A stretch of DNA of 64,000 nucleotides from Dudresnaya verticillata (lineage: Eukaryota). The stretch is taken from contig OZ374562.1 in assembly GCA_977862235.1 (NCBI GenBank), positions 2,604,001-2,668,000 on the forward strand, given 5' to 3'. Shown here in pieces: positions 13,234 to 24,087 of this stretch. Both the position numbers and the translations under genes were made by a program. Position 1 is the stretch's first letter; each line of letters opens with the position of its first letter. The notes beneath the pieces were generated by a model. That model made no database searches and was not told where the DNA came from. It saw nothing but the letters and a program-made list of their open reading frames with translations.

Positions 13234-13905
13234 ATGATGGCCACCAGAAAATGCCTTGTTTTCTTTGCCGTTCTTTGCAGCTATGTTGTGTTCGGCACTT
13301 CCGCTGTTGACAGAAAGAGCGAGAAGAAGGAATCAAGCCCAGCCAAAATTGACGGATTGACCGAGTCTACCTTGAAGCTCACCTCTGCGGGTCGGTCTGG
13401 GTGCACGACCGGGTATTGTGGACACGGAGAAACTTGCTGCGATGGGTATTTCTGTGGTTCTAATGGCTACTGTGAGGAGCAGTGCACAACTGGATATTGC
13501 GGACATGGGCAAACATGTTGCGATGGGTACTTCTGTGGGTCCAGTGGGCACTGCGAGGAGGAATGCACGACTGGGTACTGTGGTCATGGACAAACATGTT
13601 GTGACGGATATTTCTGCGGGTCTGGTGGATACTGCGAAGAGCAATGCACGACTGGTTACTGCGGACATGGGGAGAAGTGCTGTGATGGGTATTCCTGTGG
13701 AGACGATGGGTACTGCAAGGAACAATGCACGACAGGGTACTGTGGACACGGCGAGAAGTGTTGTGATGGGTATTTCTGTGGATCTAAGGGAATATGCAAA
13801 CGAAGGTGTAAGAGGAGAGCTTGTGGACATCCTGACGAGTGCTGTTCTGGATTCTTCTGCAATCGCAGAGGAATCTGTAAGAGGCAGAGGAAAAAGAAGC
13901 ATTGA
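13234..13905 (+). CDS. Secreted cysteine-rich protein with six tandem 27-aa knottin-like repeats
   Basis: Signal peptide, propeptide, then 6 x C-x4-C-x5-CC-x4-C-x5-C (81-bp units from 13402) showing synonymous variation between units. TATAAAA at ~13124. Confidence 0.9.
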   Translation: MMATRKCLVFFAVLCSYVVFGTSAVDRKSEKKESSPAKIDGLTESTLKLTSAGRSGCTTGYCGHGETCCDGYFCGSNGYCEEQCTTGYCGHGQTCCDGYFCGSSGHCEEECTTGYCGHGQTCCDGYFCGSGGYCEEQCTTGYCGHGEKCCDGYSCGDDGYCKEQCTTGYCGHGEKCCDGYFCGSKGICKRRCKRRACGHPDECCSGFFCNRRGICKRQRKKKH

Positions 13906-14247
13906 TTCAAAAGACTAGCTCTCAAGGTTAGTAGCCCAGGTACGGTAGCGAGTTCCTTCTGTTAAATGCGAGATTAGTGATAGATGCACCTTTATCGCTA
14001 CAGTATTGCCCAGTCTTTCTAAACTACGCGGGGAGTCCCATAGTTGGTCGTTATGGTCTTTCTAAAGGAATAGATATCACTTGTAAGGCCCGCTGCCGGT
14101 GCACTCAAATACTTGGTCGTAAAGTTTAATATCACTTGTAAGGGCCAACGGTGCCGAAGAGCCGCAATGTTTAACGTTTAATAAGACTTACCAATATCTT
14201 CGAACCCTACCATAAAGGTCCCCATCTCTCCCAATACAATTTTGGAC

Positions 14248-16640
14248 AGGTTGGAGCTTCTTGGCGACTCAGCACAGGATCGTGGTGCCCGCACGCAGTC
14301 GCGCACGTTGATCACTGCGCGTTAGGCAGTACCAAACACGTCTCCAAAAATGGAAAGCTTGCGGTATTGGAGTTCCAATTGCAATCCGTTAGCGAAGTAT
14401 TTGTTACCTCAGTTGAGCTGGAATGCCTCGAATGGGGGGATCTTCACTTTGCTGAAACTCGAATGGGTGCTCGGTTCTTAGTAAATTATCCCGAAAAGAG
14501 GCTTGGCCATTGCCGACCCAATGATTGCGACATCTCACAAGTATTCGTGCTCTTGAGGGAGAAACATTTCTCCAAATGGGATAACTTTCTGCTTCTCTTC
14601 AATACAATACCACATGGTGGTAGGCAACTGATGTAACGGTCGAGGAAGTTGTTCAGTTAGCCAATCGTCCACACGTATGATAACTTTACGACTTAAAATT
14701 GTTAGGTTGTAAAGTCTAATACCACACATATAATATATAGAGAGTAAGCAAAATGCGGTAGCTCAGAGTACGGCATACGAGCAAAACGATAGCTATCGAT
14801 CTCCAAAAGCCATTGACATGTCAGAAAACTCCGAGTTGTTCGTAGCGTGCCAACTCTCCAAGTGGACAAGCTCTTCTATCTCTCTTGTCGAGCCCCGGCC
14901 AATATGGATGGAAGGCAATCCAGAAGTAATGGTTATTTGCAGCACATTCAGCTCCGGTAACTTCGAGCTGAATATCCTCGTCGAAACCGACGAGCTTCCG
15001 CGATTTAACCTCAAACTGCGCCGCCCAATCGCTCGTGACACTTTCATCTTCATGAAGCAGTGGAACTCGATGTTGTGGGTTGCCCGCTCTCCGGAACAAA
15101 ATTCTCCAATTCTAGTCGACACCGCAAAACTCGACGAAGCAAGCTCCGAAGATGAACAAAGCCTCCCTAGCGCCATCAAAGCAAATCTCGATGCCATTCG
15201 CGACCAATGCCGCTTCTCCGACAGCCATTGTCAGGAGGTGGAACTATTGCGAGAACCGTCGAACGCACTCAGGGGAGTAGAAGAAGTTACGTTCATGGCA
15301 GCCCATTCCTTGCACCTTCCAAACAAGAGCGAGACTTCAATCAACCTTAGCTGTTTTTCTCTTAGCAAAAGAATCGGTGAATCTGATGACGGGGAGTTGA
15401 TTAGCTTGACAATAAGTGACGAGTCCTCACCGGATTCATTTTCATAGTGCACAGTCCTTCAATCGGTTTGATGGAAGAGAAGGGATGATTGTCAAGGCGT
15501 ACAGTACGAGGCTCGGTAAAGTTTCAACGCTTCAGAACTGTTGGAACCTGTTGTGCGTATTGACATAAAGCGCTATGCGTACGGAAACCAAGATGATATT
15601 GCCGACCCACCAACGACTAACCCGAGTTTTTCTTATTGGGAACAAGAGAGGCAGGGGACTTTGTCGAATCAGATGAAAGGTGCTTGACGAAGTGTTGTGT
15701 CTTGTGACAAAGTACGTAGAAAACATCAGGTCTCGTTGTAGCGATATTCATTTTAGCCACACATTGCGGGCAGGAAAGAGGGAGGGAGTGCCGTTGCGCA
15801 GGCTAACTCTTTAGACCTTACAAGGGATACTAAGACTAGGAACTGATACCTTCTGAGCTACGCAGAGAGTTTATAACTGTAAAAGATAACTGCCTCGAAA
15901 TGATGCTGTTCTTGCATCTAGATCAGGGTTAAGGAATAGAGCAGACTGAGAGCACGGTGTAGCTAGGCCAGCAGTCTTGTGCGATGATCTCCTAAACGGC
16001 TGGCACAAATAATCATCAGATCTCGAGTTGCTGCGAACGGGGCATCCGCCATGCAGGGCGATTGCGCTCAAAGAAAACTCGCACTCGCCACAATTGATCA
16101 CCGGCGCTCCCTTTAACGCAAATGTCATATACGCAATCGCGTGAGGTACGAACTGCATCACAAGGCAAACACGATGGAGTAAATAGCACGTCCGAGTCAC
16201 TGAACAGCAGAGTGGATGGAAGCGGGAGGACGGAAGTTATGGACAAGGTGCTGGGGGAGAATGGCACAATTGGCACCGTGTTAGAAGGGATGCTGCGATT
16301 CGCCTTCCGCCTCATACGTGACGCAGGTTGGAGTGAAGGCTTATGCGCCAAAGTGCTCGATCTGCTGCGCAACGAGGAGCGGCCGATACTCTTACAGACA
16401 CGGCCGACCGCTCGAGCTAAAGTTGGTGAGTAGTGTGCACAAGTAGGTTCTGCGTCTGGGTAGTGCGGGCTACAGAGCTGGGCCTGCGATGCTATACCGC
16501 ACTTGGACCACTGCCATACTCGGACCAGCTATGGGCAGGTGGCTCGTGCGCGACGCGGAGAGGTCTGAGCGGGACGCAGCATGCGGCCGCGTCGGTGTGC
16601 GCAGTTGCCGTTGGGGCGACGAGCAGTGTGTGCCGTGTGC
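14248..16640 (+). repeat. Direct segmental duplication, copy 1
   Basis: Aligns by eye to 19148-22392 (offset 4890 in the core); near-identical over ~14340-15440. Confidence 0.9.
14818..15447 (+). CDS. Hypothetical protein (209 aa), copy 1
   Basis: Intact ATG-started ORF preserved in both duplicate copies; TATA-like atataatatata ~80 bp upstream; no family recognised. Confidence 0.45.
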   Translation: MSENSELFVACQLSKWTSSSISLVEPRPIWMEGNPEVMVICSTFSSGNFELNILVETDELPRFNLKLRRPIARDTFIFMKQWNSMLWVARSPEQNSPILVDTAKLDEASSEDEQSLPSAIKANLDAIRDQCRFSDSHCQEVELLREPSNALRGVEEVTFMAAHSLHLPNKSETSINLSCFSLSKRIGESDDGELISLTISDESSPDSFS

Positions 16641-17280
16641 GGTTCGTCGTGTGTTGAGCGGCGGCGGCGGCGCTACGGCGTGCGTTATGTTGTGGTGTGA
16701 CGTAACGTACGAAAGAGCTACTTTTTCGGGTGTTTTGTGAAGGTCCGCGGGCAACGGTGCTCCAATACGGAAATCGGATCTGAGTGTAGCACACGCAGCC
16801 TTTTTGTAGGTGCACCGAGTACGGAATATTCACCCAAACCGACGCTGTGCTGCAACGGGGAAGCACCCCATGGCAGCCAATCAGCAACGCAGAAACTGAG
16901 TCCAATTGTCTGGACACAACCAATCAGACAGACTGCTGAGGTTTATCACCAAAATTTTCATTTTCTTGTTCAGACTTGCCGACCGAGTCAATGTGCTAAT
17001 AGAACGGAATAAGAGAGAAGAGCTAATTTGCCGCCCAACGTTCAGACAAGAGCTCTCAGGCACCAGCACGCGAGTATAAAAGGGCGACGACCTGCTCCCC
17101 ACACATCCTTCCCAACAAACAACAACAGGTAGCACCACGGATTTCTCCAAGCTCTCAACCACAACCACGAACACCAACCCGAGCGCCTGCATCCGACAAA
17201 CTTATCTACATCCAAGTCGTCTCGTTGTACTGTTCCCTGCTACGGTACGCACCGCCGCTCAACGCTTGCTAAACTACGAC

Positions 17281-18285
17281 ATGAGCTTCCTGCAAGTTGT
17301 TGGGTCAATGTGCTCTGCTTCGTCGACTTTCCAGGTTGGTTTCGAGAAGGCTGTTGCTCTCGCTGTTCTCTTTGGTATTGCACTCACGTGCGCAATTCGC
17401 CTTCTGCTCACAAGAAGGCAGCGTTTCATCGACTTGTCCGATGTTCCGCTACACATCTCCCGTATGTACGTCTACCCCATCAAGTCTTGCCGAGGTGTCT
17501 GTGTTCTTTCGGCAAAGCTCACCGAACGGGGCTTGGAGAATGACCGCCTGTACATGGTAGTAGATGCGGAGGGGAGAAGCGTCACTATGAGAAACGAGCC
17601 GCGTCTTGCACTTGTGCAGCCGTCTTTCGACGAATCCGGTGCACTCATCATTGTCGCCCCTGGGATGAGCCCGCTCCGTCATGTCAAGCGGATGGAAGGC
17701 CAGAAGGAGCTTGTAAAGCATTTCGGGTTCAAGTGTGAGGCCATCGACCAGGGTGACGAGGTTGCCCGTTTCTTCTCCCAGTTCCTGCGGAGGGAGGATG
17801 TAAGGCTAATGCGCATGCGTGATGGATTTGTGAGGCAGCTTACCAGTCGGCATGTAGAACCTGGTAGGTACCAAGCATCCCTCGCTGACGGTTGGCCTTA
17901 TATGCTAGCCTCCGAGACCTCTTTGCTTGACCTTTCTCGCAAGTCGCCGAGAAGTCTAGATATGAGGAGGTTCCGCCCCAATTTCGTGGTTGATGACAAG
18001 GACGGGCTTCTAGCGGCTTGGGATGAGGATACATGGAAACGGGTTGCTATCGGTGATGCGGGAAAATTTGGAATCCCAAAGCACTGCACGAGATGCAAAG
18101 TGACGACCGTGGATCCAGCTTCCGGGGTTGTGGATGAGGACAACCAGCCTCTGGAAACTCTTAAGGAACACCGGAGTATTGGAAGAACAGTCGTGTTTGG
18201 ACGGTACCTTGTCCCAGAGTGTATCGGAAAGCGAAGGAATGTTGTCGTGGTGGGGGATAGGGTAGCCATCCTGGAGAAATGTTAA
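17281..18285 (+). CDS. MOSC domain protein (mARC-like molybdoenzyme; MOSC_N + MOSC)
   Basis: Motifs YVYPIKSCRG, DRLYMVVD, ADGWPY, RFRPNFVV, WDEDTW, CTRCKVTTVDP; N-terminal hydrophobic anchor. TATAAAA at ~17075. Start could alternatively be the ATG at 17308. Confidence 0.92.
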   Translation: MSFLQVVGSMCSASSTFQVGFEKAVALAVLFGIALTCAIRLLLTRRQRFIDLSDVPLHISRMYVYPIKSCRGVCVLSAKLTERGLENDRLYMVVDAEGRSVTMRNEPRLALVQPSFDESGALIIVAPGMSPLRHVKRMEGQKELVKHFGFKCEAIDQGDEVARFFSQFLRREDVRLMRMRDGFVRQLTSRHVEPGRYQASLADGWPYMLASETSLLDLSRKSPRSLDMRRFRPNFVVDDKDGLLAAWDEDTWKRVAIGDAGKFGIPKHCTRCKVTTVDPASGVVDEDNQPLETLKEHRSIGRTVVFGRYLVPECIGKRRNVVVVGDRVAILEKC

Positions 18286-19707
18286 CACAAGTTGAGGCAA
18301 TCAATGTCGATGGCATTTGAGCTGTACTGCGTTACATTGGTAGGAAACAATGATCTTATGTAGAATTGCATCAGATCGTACATCCGTTAGAGTGCTGCGA
18401 GACTCGTTCTCGAGCATTGGCTTGGCCACGCTAAAGTACAATCACCCTATTAGTTGTGTGTACACGGTGTCTTCTCTGTCAGACTTCACTACCTGACAAC
18501 CCGTCTAGCCTCTTTCTGGTGATTGACTTGAAACAAGGCTTTACCTCTTCCAGTTCTGGATGAGTTTCCAACGCTCAAAATTTCATCTGTACAAAAGTTC
18601 GCTTTCACCACTAAACTCTGATTTCTGTATGTACTACGGAACTACGGTTCGGCACTCAGGTCGCCAGATGCTACCGTATCTTCAGCATCCTCACCCGTAC
18701 ATGTCAACTCTAACAGTTAAAACGCCGAGTACTCCAGAGTCTGGAACGCTGGGCCTTTTCCGGGGGTGCCACAAGTACCGCCAATGTTTGGTCTGTCTAA
18801 AGTACATATAGATCGTGCAGTAGTTGGACAATATTAATACTGCTGATTTATTATCTTTCTAAACGAGGTCTGAGTATGAGAGCCTTTTATCTAAGCGCAG
18901 TAGGGAACGCCCCAAGGAGGCTTAGGAAATAGAAATAATAGCGAGGGTGTTGAAGATACTTTGTGCTGATTAACGCTTACTGCGGCACACTAAAAACCAA
19001 GGAGGTCAAGCGCGTAGGGAGTAAAATCTTCTTCGAAGGAGGACAAGTCCCTTTGTGGAGACAGAGAAAGTAAATAGCTTTCATTTGCAAGGACAAGCGG
19101 TGTACAACCGCAGCGTTTGATGAGACTTCAGAAAACGATTTTCGTCAGGTTGGGACTTGTTCATGATCCACCACAGGGTCGTGGTACTCGCACGCAGTCG
19201 ATCACTGCGCGTTTGGCGGTACCAAATACGTCTCCAAAAATGGAAAGCTTGCGGTATTGGAGTTCCAATTGCAATCCGTTAGCGAAGTATTTGTTACCTC
19301 AGTTGAGCTGGAATGCCTCGAATGGGGGGATCTTCACTTTGCTGAAACTCGAATGGGTGCTCGGTTCTTAGTAAATTATCCCGAAAAGAGGCTTGGCCAT
19401 TGCCGACCCAATGATTGCGACATCTCACAAGTATTCGTGCTCTTGAGGGAGAAACATTTCTCCAAATGGGATAACTTTCTGCTTCTCTTCAATACAATAC
19501 CACATGGTGGTAGGCAACTGGTGTAACGGTCGAGGAAGTTGCTCAGTTAGCCAATCGTCCACACATATGATAACTTTACGACTTAAAATTGTTAGGTTGT
19601 AAAGTCTAATACCACACATATAATATATAGAGAGTAAGCAAAATGCGGTAGCTCAGAGTACGGCATACGAGCAAAACGATAGCTATCGATCTCCAAAAGC
19701 CATCGAC

Positions 19708-20337
19708 ATGTCAGAAAACTCCGAGTTGTTCGTAGCGTGCCAACTCTCCAAGTGGACAAGCTCTTCTATCTCTCTTGTCGAGCCCCGGCCAATATGGATG
19801 GAAGGCAATCCAGAAGTAATGGTTATTTGCAGCACATTCAGCTCCGGTAACTTCGAGCTGAATATCCTCGTCGAAACCGACGAGCTTCCGCGATTTAACC
19901 TCAAACTGCGCCGCCCAATCGCTCGTGACACTTTCATCTTCATGAAGCAGTGGAACTCGATGTTGTGGGTTGCCCGCTCTCCGGAACAAAATTCTCCAAT
20001 TCTAGTCGACACCGCAAAACTCGACGAAGCAAGCTCCGAAGATGAACAAAGCCTCCCTAGCGCCATCAAAGCAAATCTCGATGCCATTCGCGACCAATGC
20101 CGCTTCTCCGACAGCCATTGTCAGGAGGTGGAACTATTGCGAGAACCGTCGAACGCACTCAGGGGAGTAGAAGAAGTTACGTTCATGGCAGCCCATTCCT
20201 TGCACCTTCCAAACAAGAGCGAGACTTCAATCAACCTTAGCTGTTTTTCTCTTAGCAAAAGAATCGGTGAATCTAATGACGGGGAGTTGGTTAGCTTGAC
20301 AATAAGTGACGAGTCCTCACCGGATTCATTTTCATAG
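19708..20337 (+). CDS. Hypothetical protein (209 aa), copy 2
   Basis: Differs from 14818-15447 by two residues near the C-terminus (D>N, I>V). Confidence 0.45.
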   Translation: MSENSELFVACQLSKWTSSSISLVEPRPIWMEGNPEVMVICSTFSSGNFELNILVETDELPRFNLKLRRPIARDTFIFMKQWNSMLWVARSPEQNSPILVDTAKLDEASSEDEQSLPSAIKANLDAIRDQCRFSDSHCQEVELLREPSNALRGVEEVTFMAAHSLHLPNKSETSINLSCFSLSKRIGESNDGELVSLTISDESSPDSFS

Positions 20338-21314
20338 TACACAGTCCTTCAATCGGTTTGATGGAAGAGAAGGGATGATTGTCAAGGCGTACAGTACGAG
20401 GCTCGGTAAAGTTTCAACGCTTCAGAACTGTTGGAACCTGTTGTGCGTATTGACATAAAACGCTATGCGTACGGAGACCAAGATGATGTTGCCGACCCAC
20501 CAACGACTAACCCGAGTTTTTCTTATTGGGAACAAGAGAGGCAGGGGACTTTGTCTAAGCAGATGAAAGGGGCTTGACGAAGTGTTGTGTCTTCTGACAA
20601 AGTACGTAGAAAACATCAGGTCTCGTTGTAGCTATATTCATTTTAGCCACACATTGCGGGCAGGAAAGAGGGAGGGAGTGCCGTTGCGCAGGCTAACTCG
20701 TTAGACCTTACAAGGGATACTAAGACTAGGAACTGATACCTTCTGCGCTACGCGGAGAGTATATAATTGTAAGAGATAACTGCCTCGAAATGACGCTCTG
20801 CCTCGAAATGATGCTGTTCTTGCATCTAGATCAGGGTCAAGGAATAGAGCAGACTGAGAGCACGGCGTAGCTAGGCCAGCAGTCTTGTGCGATGATCTCC
20901 TAAACGGCTAGCACAAATAATCATCAGATCTCGAGTTGCTGCGAACGGGGCATCCGCCATGCAGGGCGATTGCGCTCAAAGAAAACTCGCACTCGCCGCA
21001 ATTGATCACCGGCGCTCCCTTTAACGCAAATGTCATATACGCAATCGCTTGAGGTAAGAACTGCATGACAAGGGAAACACGATGGAGTAAATAGCATGTC
21101 CGAGTCACTGAACAGCGGAGTGGATGGAAACGGGAGGACGGAAGTTATGGAAAAGGTGCTGGTGGAGAATGAAACAATTGGCACTGTGTTAGAAGGGATG
21201 CTGCGATTCGCCTTCCGCCTCATACGTGAAGCAGATTGGTGTGAAGGCTTAACTGCCAAAGTGCTCAATATGCTGTGAAGTGAGGAGCGCTCGACACGGC
21301 CGACAGCTCGTGCC

Positions 21315-21487
21315 TGTAGCTACTCACCAGTATCGCACTTGCACACACCTGCGGGACTTGATCCCACAACCTCCATGGCGGACCAAGCAAAAAGAAACCA
21401 CTAAGCTATTGCCTCTTCCTTGTGGCTTTGCTTGGTGTAGTGATGTGATTCTCCCTACTTACGATCCTATCTCAGTAGGTATCTGCA
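21315..21487 (-). mobile_element. ~174-bp TG...CA element (solo-LTR/TRIM-like) with tRNA-like A/B boxes, copy A
   Basis: Reverse complement of 22410-22583 and 23914-24087. Flanked by tgcc/tgct; the empty site (single agct) is present in duplicate copy 1 at ~16415. Confidence 0.85.
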
Positions 21488-21580
21488 TGCTGAAGTTGGT
21501 GAGCAGTGTGTACAAGTAGGTAGGTCTGCGCAGTGCGAGCTAAGCTGGACCTGTGGGGCTATGCTGCACTTGGAACACTA

Positions 21581-22263
21581 TCTGCGTAAGATCCGTGCCC
21601 TTTTCCAGCTGGAAAGCCCGACACTGCTGCAGCGGACACTGCAGTAAGAACTAGTCGCATCTCTGCATCGGCTGGCAAGGACGCCCAGCTCCCGTGCATC
21701 TTGGCAGACCCAGAAGACACTACAGGCTCTCCCCAAAGTCCCCACCCCTTCCCTCCAACATGTCTTGCAACACATGCTCTCCCAATCTGAAGCTGTTGCG
21801 GACAACTGCAAGGGGGTGTAATGTTGCGCGTTCGGGTTGCGGCCCTGCACCAGTGCCACGCCCAAACGCCCTTCCTCCAACGCTACTCCTCCCTGACTAC
21901 CACGATCGGCTCCTTGCCATCCGTTGGAACCTTTGCACCTTACCTACCCCACCTCAAACTCCATCATACCGCGCCACCCTCTGCTCGCACTCACCGGCCC
22001 TGCGCAATTTGTCACAGGCCAAACCGACCACTGCTGATATTGCTGCTACCTCGGCCACGATCCGTGCCATTCGCGACTGCTTTCCCGTCCCCCTGGCCCC
22101 CTTCGCCCTCCTCCTCCCGCTCCCCGCCCCAGTGACATCCCCTGTAGTGTTCTCTGTAACGGTACCAAGTAACGTTACTTGCCCCTAGGGCTGGTGTGCC
22201 TGCTGATGGGCCCTTGTCGCCCGCGTAGGACCACCTTAAACAACCCATTAACAATTAAATCAT
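21581..22263 (+). mobile_element. 5'-truncated LINE fragment, same family as the element at 61635-64000
   Basis: Encodes DYHDRLLAIRWNL, versus DYRDRLLAIRWHL in the LINE; shares the 3' UTR (ggtgtgcctgc..gggcc..gtcgccc..ggaccacct..aacaacc.attaa..catcac); flanked by cacta/cacta; absent from duplicate copy 1. Confidence 0.85.
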
Positions 22264-22409
22264 CACTACCATGCTCCGACCAGCTACGGGGAGGTGGACG
22301 TGCGTGAGGCGGCGAGGTCTGAGCGGGACGCAGCATGCGGCCGCGTCGGTGTGCACATTTTCCGTTGGGGGGACGAGCAGTGTGTGTTGTGCAAACACAA
22401 TGCTGAGAG

Positions 22410-22583
22410 TGCAGATACCTACTGAGGTAGGATCCTAAGTAGGGTGCATCACAGCACTACACAAGGCAAAGCCACACTGAAGCGGCAATAGCTTAGTGGT
22501 TTCTTTTTGCTTAGTCTGCCATAGAGGCTGTGGGATCCAGTCCCGCGGGTGCGTACACGTGCGAAGCTGGAGAGTAGTCTACA
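22410..22583 (+). mobile_element. ~174-bp TG...CA element, copy B
   Basis: tgcagatac...gtagtctaca, with 4-bp TSD agag (22406-22409 / 22584-22587). Confidence 0.85.
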
Positions 22584-23395
22584 AGAGGGAGACTTAACAC
22601 TCTCGGCCGCGCATTGCAGAAATAATGTTAGACGACTGATGAGGAAGACGATCTTTTTCACAGAAAGGGAGGATGTTGCGATTGTCAATCAGCAGCGACT
22701 CAAAGACACCACTAGAGCCAAACTGTAGTTGTCTAACCGTGATTCTTGGGACCGACATGACTCTTGGGTAAGGACGGGTGGAGTACGCAGAACGTGAATC
22801 GGTGCAATTTGCGCTAGGAATGAGAAAAGACTCCCACTGAGCCTGCAAGGCAAGGCTTCTAGACAGCCATAGGCATTAGAAGCGAATAAAGTACACTACT
22901 CTCCATACGCGAACATCTTTGCCCTGCGCCACAGATGCCGTCCAGCTGCCGTAATGAAAGATTACGGAGGAAGGATAGCTCTGTGGCGCAGGGAAGGAAG
23001 AGCACGCAGGAATAGCTTCATCGCATCGGAGATGGGAGGACATGGTGTGCTTGTACTCCCATCTCCGATGCGATGACATGCAACACATGTACATGTGTAC
23101 ATGGTGCGCTTGAGCTGTGGCCGGACGAGGAGCTCGCGTCTCCCCAAGAGGCATGAAACGCCGAATGCGGTGGACGAGAGCAGAGAATGTGCTACAACAG
23201 AGAGGGGGCGCGGGTTGTTGGTTTGGAAAGGCTGTAGATGGGAGGAGCGAGGGCTTTATGTAGGGAATCGTGGGTGGGTCGCGGCGCGGCGCGGCGCGGC
23301 GCGGTGCGGCGCGACGCGGTGTGTGTGCCCGTCGGCGTACCGACGGCGGTTGTGGCGGGTGCCGCACCGATGGGGCATCTGTGGCGTGATCCTGT

Positions 23396-23650
23396 GGCCC
23401 GACTGGGAAGGCCGTGAGGCCGGTTGGGCGTTTTGTGTTTATTGTCCCGACTGGGCATGCCGTGAAGCCAGGCCGCGATAGAAGCTCGGCGTTTTGTGGT
23501 TTGTGTCCCAACTGGGCACGCCGTGAAGCCGCTTGGGCGGTTTGTGTTTATTGTCCCGACTGGGTACGCCGCGAAGTCGGTTGGGCGTTTTGTGTGTTGT
23601 GTCCCGACTGGGAAGGCAGCCAAGCCGGTTGCGCGGTTTGTGTTTTGCGT
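23396..23650. repeat. Minisatellite, five ~48-bp units
   Basis: Unit approximately gtcccgactggg.acgccgtgaagccggttgggcgttttgtgtttatt; unit 2 carries a small insertion. A (gcggc)n tract lies at 23281-23310. Confidence 0.85.
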
Positions 23651-23913
23651 GTTTCGTGCTTTGTGTTCTGCCGTTGGCGCGGGCAGCGCGGCCCATGGTA
23701 AGCGAGAACTGCGGCGCAGGATCGCGCGGAGGTGGCAAGAAAAGTGCGCAGTGTGCACGATGTGCAGCTCTGAGCCGGAACGAGCGCGATGGTACCTTCT
23801 TTCGAGAGGCAGCCAATGAGTGAGAGGAAGACAGAATTGCGTTACACGCCCATGAAGGGCGAATCGGCGCATACGTAACGATTGGTTTCGGTGAATCCTG
23901 AGTGCATGGTGGC

Positions 23914-24087
23914 TGTAGATACCTTCTGAGGTAGGATGTTAAGTAGAGAGCGTCACAGCACTACACCAAGCAAATCCACAAAGAAGCGGCAATATCTTAG
24001 TGATTTCTTCTTGCGTGGTCCGCGATGGAGGTTGTGGGTTCGGTTCCCGAGGGTCCCTGCTCGTGCGATACTGGAGAGTAGTCTACA
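23914..24087 (+). mobile_element. ~174-bp TG...CA element, copy C
   Basis: tgtagatac...gtagtctaca, with 4-bp TSD tggc (23910-23913 / 24088-24091). Confidence 0.85.

Larger units (their letters stand above)
19148..22392 (+). repeat. Direct segmental duplication, copy 2 (interrupted by two insertions)
   Basis: Homologous to 14248-16640; carries extra insertions at 21315-21487 and 21581-22263 that copy 1 lacks. Confidence 0.9.

Noticed and set aside
22484..22556. Functional tRNA gene
   Set aside because: Only A/B boxes and a T-arm are recognisable; no acceptor or anticodon stem could be formed.
23396..23650. CRISPR-like array
   Set aside because: Units are contiguous degenerate tandem repeats without unique spacers; eukaryotic context; no cas genes.
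22410..24087. Copies B and C as the two LTRs of one intact TRIM/LTR element
   Set aside because: Each copy has its own distinct 4-bp TSD, the copies are clearly diverged, and no PBS or polypurine tract borders the interior.
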